This document shows positions 1 through 9,038 of a stretch of 64,000 nucleotides of DNA, piece after piece (position 1 is the stretch's first letter; each line of letters opens with the position of its first letter). The position numbers were made by a program, and so were the translations under genes. Source of the DNA: Escherichia phage phT4A; the sequence record NC_055712.1; one strand, given 5' to 3'. The notes under the pieces are model-generated. The model did not search any database. It was not told the DNA's origin and worked only from the letters and a program-made list of their open reading frames with translations.

Positions 1-203
1 ACAAGTTTGTTGTTTCCTGGGTACATCTTGACTAATAACAGATGCGCAATATAATGTTGACGCGCTGTAAGATTAACCAAATTATCATCAGAATCTGTTC
101 CACCTATGCACTTAGGTATGATATGGTGTGATTCTGTATATCCATCATACTGCGTTTGTTTAGCATGTTCTATGATAGAGTTATAAATTTTGTTATAGTT
201 CAT
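1..203 (-). CDS. HNH homing endonuclease (N-terminal part; 3' end runs off window)
   Basis: Manual reverse translation from ATG at 203: MNYNKIYNSIIEHAKQTQYDGYTESHHIIPKCIGGTDSDDNLVNLTARQHYIAHLLL, the HH..N..H core typical of phage/intron HNH endonucleases. Confidence 0.7.
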   Translation of the reverse strand, partial: MNYNKIYNSIIEHAKQTQYDGYTESHHIIPKCIGGTDSDDNLVNLTARQHYIAHLLLVKMYPGNNKL

Positions 204-259
204 AAACATATCTCTTGTTTGATGGGCCGTTAGATACCCCTATTTAAGAGGATGAAATT

Positions 260-454
260 ATGTTATTAGAAAAATCTTTTGAATTAGAAACCGCTCCGGA
301 AATAGAGCGGTTTTATCTCCACAACAATTTTCTTGAAGAAAAACATATAGTTACTATGAAAGATGTTGAAGAAGCATTCAAAGATAACCCTATAGAGTTG
401 ACGCGAATCAAGAACAACAAAAGTTCTGTTTGGTTCCTCGAAAAAATCTATTGA
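260..454 (+). CDS. hypothetical protein (64 aa)
   Basis: ORF track; AAGAGG Shine-Dalgarno upstream; followed by hairpin terminator. Confidence 0.5.
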   Translation: MLLEKSFELETAPEIERFYLHNNFLEEKHIVTMKDVEEAFKDNPIELTRIKNNKSSVWFLEKIY

Positions 455-479
455 CCGAAATCCATAAATACAGTAAAGT

Positions 480-516
480 AGCCCATGTAACGAAACGTGG
501 GCTTTGTTTTTATTTG
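480..516 (+). terminator. rho-independent terminator
   Basis: AGCCCATG-N8-CGTGGGCT stem followed by TTGTTTTTATTT. Confidence 0.6.
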
Positions 517-527
517 AGGAACAATAA

Positions 528-2237
528 ATGATCACCGAATCCAAAATGACTTATCAGGAAGCACTGAAAGTTTTGGGCGCAACTGGTAGCGAAACCAGCG
601 CTGAAATGTCCAGACTCTTCAAACGTGCATCCTTACGCAATCACCCCGACCGTGGTGGTAGCAATGAATTAATGCAGAAAATCAACCAGGCTTACGATGT
701 CGTTACAAAAACTGGGCCTAGTGGCGCACGTTCTGAGACTGCTGGTGATGTTCGAGCACGTTATGCCCGTCAAAAGAAAGAATGGGAAGAAAAAGTTGAT
801 GCTTACTTTGTAGTGGCGAAAAACTATTTCAGCACCAAATTTAACGCACAGGAATTTGCGGATTACTTCACCAAATACACTGGATTGCCTACCACTTTCA
901 AACAGGAAGTAACAAAAGGTAGTCACGGTGTTTATGCTTCGTTCCGTTTCACTTCTGGTGATGCTTACTTTGATTTCGGTTTCAACTGCACCCCTCCGAA
1001 TGGACAAGGGTTAGCCGCTCCGGATTCATCTGCACTGGGTAGCGTTTCTGTTAGTACCTTTGTACTGGTTGGAACTAAAAAACACAAAATGGCAAGCCGT
1101 GATTATCAATGGGGCAAAAACCCGGATAAGATCACTCCGGAAAGCCTGTTCCCGTCTAAAAAACTGGAAAGCATTTTCAGCCCTGTACAGAAAAATATCA
1201 AATACAAACGTGCTGACTACCTGGCATCATTCCGTAAGCTGTTAGGCGCTGACGTTAGCGGAAACGATATCTTTGTTGAAGTTGGTACACTGAAAGTTCG
1301 TTTCTATCGTCACGTATTCATGCGCAAAGGTGCTTATGTGTTTAGCGCGGTGTATGATCCTGCTGTATCGAAGTATCGTCCGGCTGCACAACTTCGCGGA
1401 ACCATGTTCGAAGACGAGGACGGCGCTTGCCTGGATATGATCGTTGATACGTTCAAAGAGTTGCAGAAACTGAAACCGAGTGTTCAAGGCGTTGTGAACG
1501 CGATCGATAAGATGAACGCAGAGTTTGCGGCGGGGCATCGTTCAGCATCTTTTGTTAAACGTGTAGCTGCTCAGGAAGCCGCACCGAAGCCAGAAGAGAA
1601 GCCAAAACGCACTGTTAATCGTATCGGTAAAGAGGAATATTTCGCAGCACTAAAAGATATTGGTGCTCGTGTAATGCCTACCAGCGGTTATGTTGAATTT
1701 GATAACGGCGCTGGTGTTACTATCAACTTCAAGCGTATTGTTGTAAACCGTAAAGCATACTACTCATTCAGTAGCTTTGATTTCACGTACTCTGGTCAGA
1801 AACACATTGAGTGGTTGAAAGGAATCGATATCGCAGAAGATACCAAAGGCGCAAGCATTAGCCTACTCACTGATACTCTGAAATCTTTACGTGGGATCTC
1901 TGACTGGAACACTGTTAAGAGCGCTTTAGATCAAATGAATTCTAACTTCAAGGCGGGTAAATTCTCCGCACCTCATGTGAAGAAGGAAGCAGAGCAAAAA
2001 GCACCGAAACAGAAAGACGAAATCGGCGCACAGCCTACCAAACCACAGGCGGCTAAGAAAGATACACCAGAAGTGGAAAAATCACAGGCTGTTCATGCAG
2101 CACGTGAGAAAGCGAATATGAACAACACTATTCGTAAAATGATGACTATGTTAGTCAAAGCACAGCGCAAAGACACTCCGGAAGATATCAAGAAGGAAGT
2201 TGATGCAGCAATTCAATTGTGGCGCTTGACTTATTAA
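528..2237 (+). CDS. J-domain (DnaJ-like) protein with internally duplicated C-terminal domain
   Basis: N-terminus YQEALKVLG..FKRASLRNHPDRGG..QKINQAYDVV carries the HPD J-domain signature; two later segments are recognisable repeats (DTFKELQKL..AIDKMNAEFAAG vs DTLKSLRGI..ALDQMNSNFKAG). Confidence 0.85.
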   Translation: MITESKMTYQEALKVLGATGSETSAEMSRLFKRASLRNHPDRGGSNELMQKINQAYDVVTKTGPSGARSETAGDVRARYARQKKEWEEKVDAYFVVAKNYFSTKFNAQEFADYFTKYTGLPTTFKQEVTKGSHGVYASFRFTSGDAYFDFGFNCTPPNGQGLAAPDSSALGSVSVSTFVLVGTKKHKMASRDYQWGKNPDKITPESLFPSKKLESIFSPVQKNIKYKRADYLASFRKLLGADVSGNDIFVEVGTLKVRFYRHVFMRKGAYVFSAVYDPAVSKYRPAAQLRGTMFEDEDGACLDMIVDTFKELQKLKPSVQGVVNAIDKMNAEFAAGHRSASFVKRVAAQEAAPKPEEKPKRTVNRIGKEEYFAALKDIGARVMPTSGYVEFDNGAGVTINFKRIVVNRKAYYSFSSFDFTYSGQKHIEWLKGIDIAEDTKGASISLLTDTLKSLRGISDWNTVKSALDQMNSNFKAGKFSAPHVKKEAEQKAPKQKDEIGAQPTKPQAAKKDTPEVEKSQAVHAAREKANMNNTIRKMMTMLVKAQRKDTPEDIKKEVDAAIQLWRLTY

Positions 2238-2253
2238 TCAAATGAACTATAAT

Positions 2254-2284
2254 GGGAACTGTTAACGCAGTTCCCTTTTTATTT
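2254..2284 (+). terminator. rho-independent terminator
   Basis: GGGAACTG-TTAACG-CAGTTCCC stem then TTTTTATTT. Confidence 0.7.
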
Positions 2285-2296
2285 GAGGAAAATATT

Positions 2297-2587
2297 ATGA
2301 GTTGTCCAACATGGTTACGTTTGGAAAATCTGAAAGAAGGTACACAAAAACGGATTTATATTAATCTTGGTTGGGTTCCTCCTACCGATTTTCAAATGGC
2401 TGAGATTTTAATCAATGCTGTTAAAGAAGTAAGCGACACTTACGAATGGGAAAGGCTCTATTTTCCTTTGATTGGTTTGTATATGACGCGAAATAAATTT
2501 GAAGAAATGAAACTTGCTGTTATTCGCGCTACGATTATTAATTCCCAACAAAGATTTACTTTGAAAAATGCATGGAGTTCTGAATGA
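2297..2587 (+). CDS. hypothetical protein (96 aa)
   Basis: Start moved from track 2252 to ATG 2297 (downstream of terminator, SD GAGGA); stop overlaps next start (ATGA). Confidence 0.6.
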   Translation: MSCPTWLRLENLKEGTQKRIYINLGWVPPTDFQMAEILINAVKEVSDTYEWERLYFPLIGLYMTRNKFEEMKLAVIRATIINSQQRFTLKNAWSSE

Positions 2588-2814
2588 TTATTCAAGTATC
2601 TGTACAGGGTGACACTCTGACTGTCACCGAATCCATCAATACCGCTCTTGCTGTATGTCGTGACCATATCTCACAAAATCCTCCAGTGACTGAGATCCTG
2701 GAAATTGATGTTTGGGATCAGATTGGGATGATCGACGCATCATATGGATTTACCCCGCGAGATGAAGAACTATCTCGTATCGAATCATGGCTGAATGAAC
2801 AGGAAACGGAATGA
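2584..2814 (+). CDS. hypothetical protein (76 aa)
   Basis: ORF track; ATGA start/stop coupling on both sides. Confidence 0.6.
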   Translation: MIIQVSVQGDTLTVTESINTALAVCRDHISQNPPVTEILEIDVWDQIGMIDASYGFTPRDEELSRIESWLNEQETE

Positions 2815-3068
2815 AACTCCCTAAGAACACAACACTACTAACCCGCGAAAAACTTCACTCTGTTGATTGGTGTCCTCTGGATATCATGATTTTTGATATT
2901 GAATCTCGCGTGATCAATGCAAAATATCAGGGGTGTAGTATTTTCTCTGTTGAATTCGAGAAGATTCGCGGGTATGATGAGAAGTACAAAGAAAAACTGA
3001 AAGTTATGATTGAAGCATTGGGCTATATTGTAACTGTTGAAGACAATAAAATGTGGATCGCAATATGA
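2811..3068 (+). CDS. hypothetical protein (85 aa)
   Basis: ORF track; ATGA coupling to neighbours. Confidence 0.6.
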   Translation: MKLPKNTTLLTREKLHSVDWCPLDIMIFDIESRVINAKYQGCSIFSVEFEKIRGYDEKYKEKLKVMIEALGYIVTVEDNKMWIAI

Positions 3069-3643
3069 GCATAGTAAAAGCGGTGTTTGCATTGGGGCAC
3101 GATATCTACCACGATGATTTCGCTTTTGGATATCAGCAAGGCTTGCCGTGGGGCCACTGTAAAGAAGATTTACAGAACTTCAAAGAAGAAACCGCCGATA
3201 GCGTTCTGATTATGGGTGCAAATACGTTTACCTCTCTTCCGGGTAAATTGCCTGGTAGAATTCATTGCGTTCTGTCTGGTTCCGGTAGTTTTTTGAAAAC
3301 CAAAAAAGGCGAGGTTGCTGATTACGTGATCCACGGTGGCGGGTTGTCTGCTGCTATTGGTACAATGCAAGCAACACACCCAGATAAAAATGTGTGTGTC
3401 ATTGGTGGTAAGGGGTTGCTTTTAGATTCAATCAATAATAAAATGGTTGATGAAGTAGTTTTGACACACATTTACGGACATCATGTATATAATGCCCCCG
3501 CATTTAAACGCGATGTTTCGTTTACTGCTTCTGAATTGGGTGATGCATTGTTAAAATATGAATTTTCTGATTTCGAAACTCAGTACATCAAAGAACATGA
3601 ACGCATTGAAAAAATCATAGTCGATCGATATAAAAAGGTATAA
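3065..3643 (+). CDS. frd: dihydrofolate reductase
   Basis: DHFR-like segments LPWGHCKEDLQNFKEET, IMGANTFTSLPGKLPGR, VIGGKGLL; ATGA overlap with upstream ORF sets start at 3065; T4 order frd-td-nrdA. Confidence 0.85.
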   Translation: MSIVKAVFALGHDIYHDDFAFGYQQGLPWGHCKEDLQNFKEETADSVLIMGANTFTSLPGKLPGRIHCVLSGSGSFLKTKKGEVADYVIHGGGLSAAIGTMQATHPDKNVCVIGGKGLLLDSINNKMVDEVVLTHIYGHHVYNAPAFKRDVSFTASELGDALLKYEFSDFETQYIKEHERIEKIIVDRYKKV

Positions 3644-3644
3644 A

Positions 3645-4520
3645 ATGAAACAATATCTGGATATTATTAAACTTGTACTTGATAACGGTGTTGAATCAAC
3701 TGATCGCACTGGTGTAGGTACTATTCGTATTTTCGGCGCACAAGCCCGATGGGATCTAAACAGAGGTTTCCCAGCAACTACCTGTAAAAAACTATTCTTC
3801 AAACCGTGCAAGCATGAATTGCAATGGTTCCTGTCCGGTTCAACCAACGTTGAAGAACTTCGCCGGATGACCTGGGGTGAAAATAGCGATAAGCGCACAA
3901 TCTGGGATGATAACTATGAAAAACAAGCTATTGATTTAGGATATGATTCTGGTTATCTGGGGCCAATCTACGGTCATCAATGGCGTTCGTTTGGTTCTCT
4001 TTATGGGGATGATGATAGTTATTATGGCGGTTGTGGTGTTGATCAGATTGCAAAAGTCATCGAACAACTGAAATCAACTCCAGACGATCGCGGGATCATC
4101 GTTTCTGCCTGGAACCCTGTTGATCTTGATGATATGGCTCTGCGTCCGTGTCACTGTTTCTTCCAGTTCGTTGTAATCAACGGTAAACTGTCTCTACAGT
4201 GGTATCAGCGTTCAGTTGATGTCTTCTTAGGGTTGCCGTTCAATATCGCCTCCTATGCTCTCCTGACGCATATTATCGCTGATATTTGCGGGTACGAAGT
4301 GGGCGATCTGGTTTGGACTGGTGGTGATGTCCATATCTATAAAAATGCGGTTGAACAGGCAAAAGAACTTTTACAGCCTAACCGTTCACCAATGCCATTA
4401 CCGATTCTAAAAATGCCGAAGGTAAATAGCTTACTTGATTTAGATCAAGAATTCTTTGACTCGATAACCTTAGAAGGGTATCATAATCACGGCTCTCTAA
4501 AAGCTGAAATGGCAGTATGA
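3645..4520 (+). CDS. td: thymidylate synthase (ThyA type), uninterrupted
   Basis: ThyA signatures RTGVGT, YGHQWR, IVSAWNP, LRPCHCFFQF, QRSVDVFLGLPFNIASY. Confidence 0.95.
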   Translation: MKQYLDIIKLVLDNGVESTDRTGVGTIRIFGAQARWDLNRGFPATTCKKLFFKPCKHELQWFLSGSTNVEELRRMTWGENSDKRTIWDDNYEKQAIDLGYDSGYLGPIYGHQWRSFGSLYGDDDSYYGGCGVDQIAKVIEQLKSTPDDRGIIVSAWNPVDLDDMALRPCHCFFQFVVINGKLSLQWYQRSVDVFLGLPFNIASYALLTHIIADICGYEVGDLVWTGGDVHIYKNAVEQAKELLQPNRSPMPLPILKMPKVNSLLDLDQEFFDSITLEGYHNHGSLKAEMAV

Positions 4521-4525
4521 AAAAT

Positions 4526-4545
4526 GGGGCTTCGGCCCCTTTCTT
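4526..4545 (+). terminator. hairpin terminator/attenuator between td and nrdA
   Basis: GGGGC-TTCG-GCCCC then TTTCTT. Confidence 0.55.
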
Positions 4546-4559
4546 AACAAGGTAAGAGA

Positions 4560-6054
4560 ATGAATGACATTAAAGTAGTAGTAAAATCCTCTGGTGTACG
4601 CCAGCCGTTTGACAAAGAAAAAATATACAAAGTGCTCAAGTGGGCCTGTGATGGTCATAATATCGATGTTCGTGCATTCCTTGAAAATGTATTAGAACTG
4701 ATCCGCGATGGTATGACTACCAAACAAATTCAACGTATCGCTATCAAGTATGCAGCAGATCATATTTCTGTTAAAGAACCGGATTGGCAATACGTAGCAT
4801 CGAATCTTGAAATGTTTGCATTGCGTAAAGACGTTTACGGTCAGTTCGATCCTATCCCGTTCTACGATCACATCGTTAAAATGGTTGAAGCGGGGAAATA
4901 CGATAAAGAGATCCTGGAAAAATACAGCAAGCAAGATATTCAAGTTTTCGAACGTGCAATTGATCATGATAAGGATTTTGAATTTTCGTATGCTGGTTCC
5001 CAACAGTTAATCGGGAAATATCTGGTTCAGGATCGCGATACTGGCGAAATCTTTGAAACCCCTCAGTATGCGTTTATGCTTATTGCGATGTGTCTGCATC
5101 AGGAAGAAACTGGGTTAGCACAGGTTACGCATATCGTTGATTTTTATAACGCAATTTCCGATCGCAAACTGTCTCTACCGACTCCAATTATGGCGGGTGT
5201 ACGTACTCCTACGCGCCAGTTCTCCAGTTGTGTAGTAATTGAATCGGGTGATTCTCTTGGTTCTCTTAACGCTGTAACCTCTGCGATCGTGAAGTATATT
5301 TCACAACGTGCTGGTATTGGGGTTAACGCGGGACATATTCGCGCAATGGGTTCTAAAATCCGTGGTGGTGAAGCTGTTCATACTGGTGTGATTCCTTTCT
5401 GGAAACATATTCAAACCGCTGTTAAATCCTGTTCACAGGGTGGCGTTCGTGGTGGTGCTGCAACACTGTATTATCCTTTCTGGCATCTGGAAGTTGAAAA
5501 CCTTCTGGTGTTGAAGAACAACAAAGGCGTAGAAGAAAACCGCGTTCGTCATCTTGATTATGGTGTACAGCTTAACCAGTTGATGTATAAACGCTTAATG
5601 AATCGTGATTACATTACGCTGTTTAGTCCGGATGTTGCTAACGATCGTCTGTATGATCTGTTCTATGAAGCTGATCAGACTGCATTTGAAGAACTGTATG
5701 AAAGCCTGGAAAAAGATCCAACTGTTCGTAAGAAACGCATCAAAGCGGTTGACCTGTTCCAACTTTTAGCACAGGAACGCGCACAGACAGGACGCAAATA
5801 CATTTTCAACACTCATCACGTCAACCAACAGGGTAGTTTTACGGTTCCTGTCCGTATGTCTAACCTGTGTTGTGAGATTGCGATCCCAACGTCGCCGCTG
5901 GATGACGATGATAAAATGGCTGGTGAAATCGGATTGTGTACGCTAATGGCTATCGTTCTGGATAACGCTGATATCAGCGAATTCCCGAAACTCACGCGTA
6001 TTGCAGTACGTGCGCTTGTATAACCTGTTGGATTACCGTAACTACCCTGTAAAA
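4560..6054 (+). CDS. nrdA: ribonucleotide reductase large subunit, 5' part only (frameshifted near 6019, then lost in gap)
   Basis: ATP-cone N-terminus, catalytic NLCCEIAIPT; frame stops at 6023 but the next frame reads DNLLDYRNYPVK, the expected NrdA continuation; C-terminal ~250 aa missing. Confidence 0.9.
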
Positions 6055-6154
6055 NNNNNNNNNNNNNNNNNNNNNNNNNNNNNNNNNNNNNNNNNNNNNN
6101 NNNNNNNNNNNNNNNNNNNNNNNNNNNNNNNNNNNNNNNNNNNNNNNNNNNNNN
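6055..6154. other. assembly gap (100 N)
   Basis: Run of exactly 100 n; flanking sequence is not collinear (nrdA interior on left, non-nrdA sequence on right), so true length is unknown. Confidence 0.99.
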
Positions 6155-6284
6155 GCATGTGGTTAATGTTTTGTGTGGTAAGAAAAGATCACTTGACTTT
6201 TTGGATATATAAATGTATGAAAATCTGAATTCAACTTAACCCTTGATAAATGTGGTCGCATCGATCGAAGTTTTTGTTTAAAGT

Positions 6285-6591
6285 GTGGGTGAACTTAGGC
6301 ATTGTGTTTATTTTTATTGCAAATTAAACGATGAAATAGTATATGTTGGTAAATGTCGGGGATATGTGGAAGCGTTTAGACACATATCGCAATGCAAAGT
6401 ATTGGAGAGAAGCCAACCCCAGCAACATCTTAAAAACGTGTCGATTGGAAATGGCTATCAAAAAACGAAAAACTGTGAAACTTATCGTGACTACTCACGA
6501 TGAAAATACATATCATGATTATGAAATCAACATGATACGAAAATACAACCCTGAATGGAATAAACAGCACTATGACAAAGGCACAAACTAA
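6285..6591 (+). pseudogene. small GIY-YIG endonuclease-like gene split by a frameshift
   Basis: Frame 0: CVYFYCKLNDEIVYVGK (GIY-YIG); continuation DMWKRLDTYRNAKYW..IRKYNPEWN is in +1 frame after the G4 run at 6358-6361. Confidence 0.5.
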
Positions 6592-7729
6592 AATTATCAA
6601 TACCCTTTACAAACAACTCATGCAGTTGTGTGGTGAATCCGAAACATTTTTCTTCGTTGATCAAGTAACCGTGATGGGTACACCTGTTCGAATCTTTAAC
6701 TATCGCATGGCCTCATATACAGACTGGCTAAAGCCTGGTGCTCTGGAATGTCGCGGTATCATGTTTGAAATGGATGGAGATACCCCCGTATCAATCATCA
6801 GCCGCCCTATGGAGAAGTTTTTTAACTATGCCGAGGTAAAGGCATGGGAAGCGCTTAACGAGTCTCCTATTGAATTAGGCGAAGTTTTAGACGTGATGAT
6901 TAAAGAAGATGGTTCCTTGATCTCAACTTTCCTTGACGGTGGATTTCTGGCGGTCAAGTCTAAAGGTTCGGTTAAATCAGAACAAGCTATGGATGCGCAC
7001 AGCGTGTTAATGGCAAATCGTGAATTGCTGACCCGCTTAACTGAGATCGCTAAAGAAAACTATACGGTGAACATGGAATACGTTTCCCCGAAAAACCGTA
7101 TTGTCGTTGGTTATGATTCTCCTGATCTGCGTATCCTGAACGTTCGTCACAACATCACGGGTGAATACATCCCTTATGATGAACTCTTTGCTGACGCGCT
7201 GTTACGTGCGTATCTGGTTAAGCGTGAGAATATCGAAGTACTGGATCTGGATGCATTCGCAAAAGAAGCATATCAGAATGAAGGATTCGAAGGCTATGTT
7301 GTTCTGACAACGAAAGGGTTTGTAAAAATCAAAACAAACTGGTATGTCAATCTGCATCGCACAAAAGATAGCATCACCAACAATAAGGATCTTTTCCTAA
7401 ATATTGTTGAGAATACGGTCGATGACCTGAAACAGCTATTCAGTTCGGATCTGGTCTCTCTGAAAAAGATTGACGATTTCGAAAAACTTTTCCTTGATAG
7501 TCTCAATCGTTTGAGTGCAAAAGCGTTCAAAGCTATTGAAGATAATAAAGGGAAATCGCGTAAAGATTTTGCTATCAGTCTAAGCGCGGATTTGTCAAAC
7601 GACGGTCGGATCATCTTCGGGCCTCTTATGAAGTACTTCGAAGAAACCGATCCACAAAAACTGGTCGATCGCATCATTGAAATGATGGTTAAAAATTACG
7701 ATCAGTTCATTCCTGGAGAGTACAAGTGA
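6572..7729 (+). CDS. rnlA: RNA ligase 1
   Basis: Collinear with T4 Rnl1 as recalled (RIFNYRMASYTDWLKPGALECRGIMFEMDG..SRPMEKFFN); adenylation motif KEDGSL. Confidence 0.9.
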   Translation: MTKAQTKIINTLYKQLMQLCGESETFFFVDQVTVMGTPVRIFNYRMASYTDWLKPGALECRGIMFEMDGDTPVSIISRPMEKFFNYAEVKAWEALNESPIELGEVLDVMIKEDGSLISTFLDGGFLAVKSKGSVKSEQAMDAHSVLMANRELLTRLTEIAKENYTVNMEYVSPKNRIVVGYDSPDLRILNVRHNITGEYIPYDELFADALLRAYLVKRENIEVLDLDAFAKEAYQNEGFEGYVVLTTKGFVKIKTNWYVNLHRTKDSITNNKDLFLNIVENTVDDLKQLFSSDLVSLKKIDDFEKLFLDSLNRLSAKAFKAIEDNKGKSRKDFAISLSADLSNDGRIIFGPLMKYFEETDPQKLVDRIIEMMVKNYDQFIPGEYK

Positions 7730-8262
7730 AATCATTTGGCGCATATAGCCGAACGATAGAACAAGAAAAAGCAGGGATTGATTCCCTGCTTTCTTTCGTT
7801 GATGTTTTCCCCGAAACTGGAAAAATTTACTGGAATGATAAAGCATATCATAAAAGTAAGAGAGGAAAAGAAGCGGGTTCTATTGTTTGTGAAGAATACC
7901 CTTATACGAAAATAAAGTATGCTGGGAAAAATTACATGAGGCATAGAATAATATTTTACTATGTTCATGGTTACTTACCAATCATAGTTGATCATAAAAA
8001 TGGTCTTGATTTTGGTGATTGTATTGATAATCTTCAAGAATCCGATCCCGTTCATAATATATTGAAGAAAAACAAAACCAGAAAATCTAAAACTACCACA
8101 TCAAAAGGGGTTGACTATCGTTCTTCTCGTGGAAAATATAGAGCACAAATACGGATTAATGGTAAAACGAAACATATAGGATATTATGATACAGAAGAAC
8201 AGGCGTCTATCGCATATGAGGAAACTTTGAATGAATATCAAAAGCATCTTGGGTATGATTAA
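7726..8262 (+). CDS. free-standing HNH-AP2 homing endonuclease (paralog 1 of 4; mobile)
   Basis: RHRIIFYYVHGYLPIIVDHKNG..CIDNLQ (HNH) plus KGVDYRSSRGKYRAQIRINGKTKHIGYYDTEEQA (AP2 DNA-binding); GTG start overlaps rnlA stop. Confidence 0.85.
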   Translation: MKSFGAYSRTIEQEKAGIDSLLSFVDVFPETGKIYWNDKAYHKSKRGKEAGSIVCEEYPYTKIKYAGKNYMRHRIIFYYVHGYLPIIVDHKNGLDFGDCIDNLQESDPVHNILKKNKTRKSKTTTSKGVDYRSSRGKYRAQIRINGKTKHIGYYDTEEQASIAYEETLNEYQKHLGYD

Positions 8263-8566
8263 TATAAAATCGTGGATATGGCCTATTATTGTTGCTTGCT
8301 CCCTAATAGCCCTTTTTTACATTGCAGTCGATACCAAAATTGAAAATGCATCATTACGCAAGGATATAAAATCTTTGCAAGACGATGTGAAGAAAGTAAA
8401 AGAGACAAATACAAGCAATACTGTGATCTATGTCGAACAAAAAGGTAAGGATCAGCAGTTGGTCAAGGATGCCGGACGTAAAGATCTGCTGTTTAAAAAA
8501 CCAGGACTGATCGAAATCAAGATCAACAAATCCTTCGAAGAGTATATGGCGGAATACGACAAATGA
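8231..8566 (+). CDS. i-spanin (T4 PseT.3-like); alternative start 8255
   Basis: N-terminal TM WIWPIIVACSLIALFYIAV then coiled-coil; overlaps a lipoprotein gene; sits next to pseT as in T4. Confidence 0.6.
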   Translation: MNIKSILGMINIKSWIWPIIVACSLIALFYIAVDTKIENASLRKDIKSLQDDVKKVKETNTSNTVIYVEQKGKDQQLVKDAGRKDLLFKKPGLIEIKINKSFEEYMAEYDK

Positions 8567-8880
8567 AAATTGCAACGTTAGCCCTTGTTCTGGGCGTTCT
8601 GTTGGTCGGGTGTGCTGAGAAGCCCCCAGAAAAGATTTTGCCTACGCTCCCCGCTAAGGTGAATCCGGTGAATGTGAAATGGAAAGTGGTTGCAGAAGTC
8701 CGAGAGATTGACGGTAAAAAATACCTTGTAATGCCCTATGACGGAAATCCTTATGTTGCATTATCATATCCAGATTCATTGATTTTTCGTAGCTGGATGA
8801 ACGACGTTAAAAGACAAAAGGATCAGACCGATAATGTTCTGTGTACTTTGGGATACCCTGAGAAATGCAAATCAAAATAA
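8563..8880 (+). CDS. o-spanin lipoprotein (T4 PseT.2-like)
   Basis: Lipobox MKIATLALVLGVLLVGC; ATGA overlap with i-spanin. Confidence 0.7.
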   Translation: MKIATLALVLGVLLVGCAEKPPEKILPTLPAKVNPVNVKWKVVAEVREIDGKKYLVMPYDGNPYVALSYPDSLIFRSWMNDVKRQKDQTDNVLCTLGYPEKCKSK

Positions 8881-9038
8881 CCAAAACATTTTTTCGTGAC
8901 ATAACAGAAGGAAAAGTTTATACTGCGAAAAAGGATAAAGAAGGTCTATGGATAGAAAACGATTGGAATCGTGATATATGGCTCAATCTGACGAATGAGT
9001 ATAACAAAGAACTAATTGAATATGAGATAGTGAAATGA
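8865..9038 (+). CDS. hypothetical small protein (57 aa; pseT.1 position)
   Basis: Manual: MQIKITKTFFRDITEGKVYTAKKDKEGLWIENDW..; stop overlaps pseT start (ATGA); below ORF-track size cutoff. Confidence 0.4.
   Translation: MQIKITKTFFRDITEGKVYTAKKDKEGLWIENDWNRDIWLNLTNEYNKELIEYEIVK

Noticed and set aside
6001-6228. 75-aa ORF entering the first N block (also 8983..9309, 9054..9287, 36884..37149)
   Set aside because: The X-containing translations are created by the gaps. 6001.. is simply the shifted continuation of nrdA (LLDYRNYPVK).
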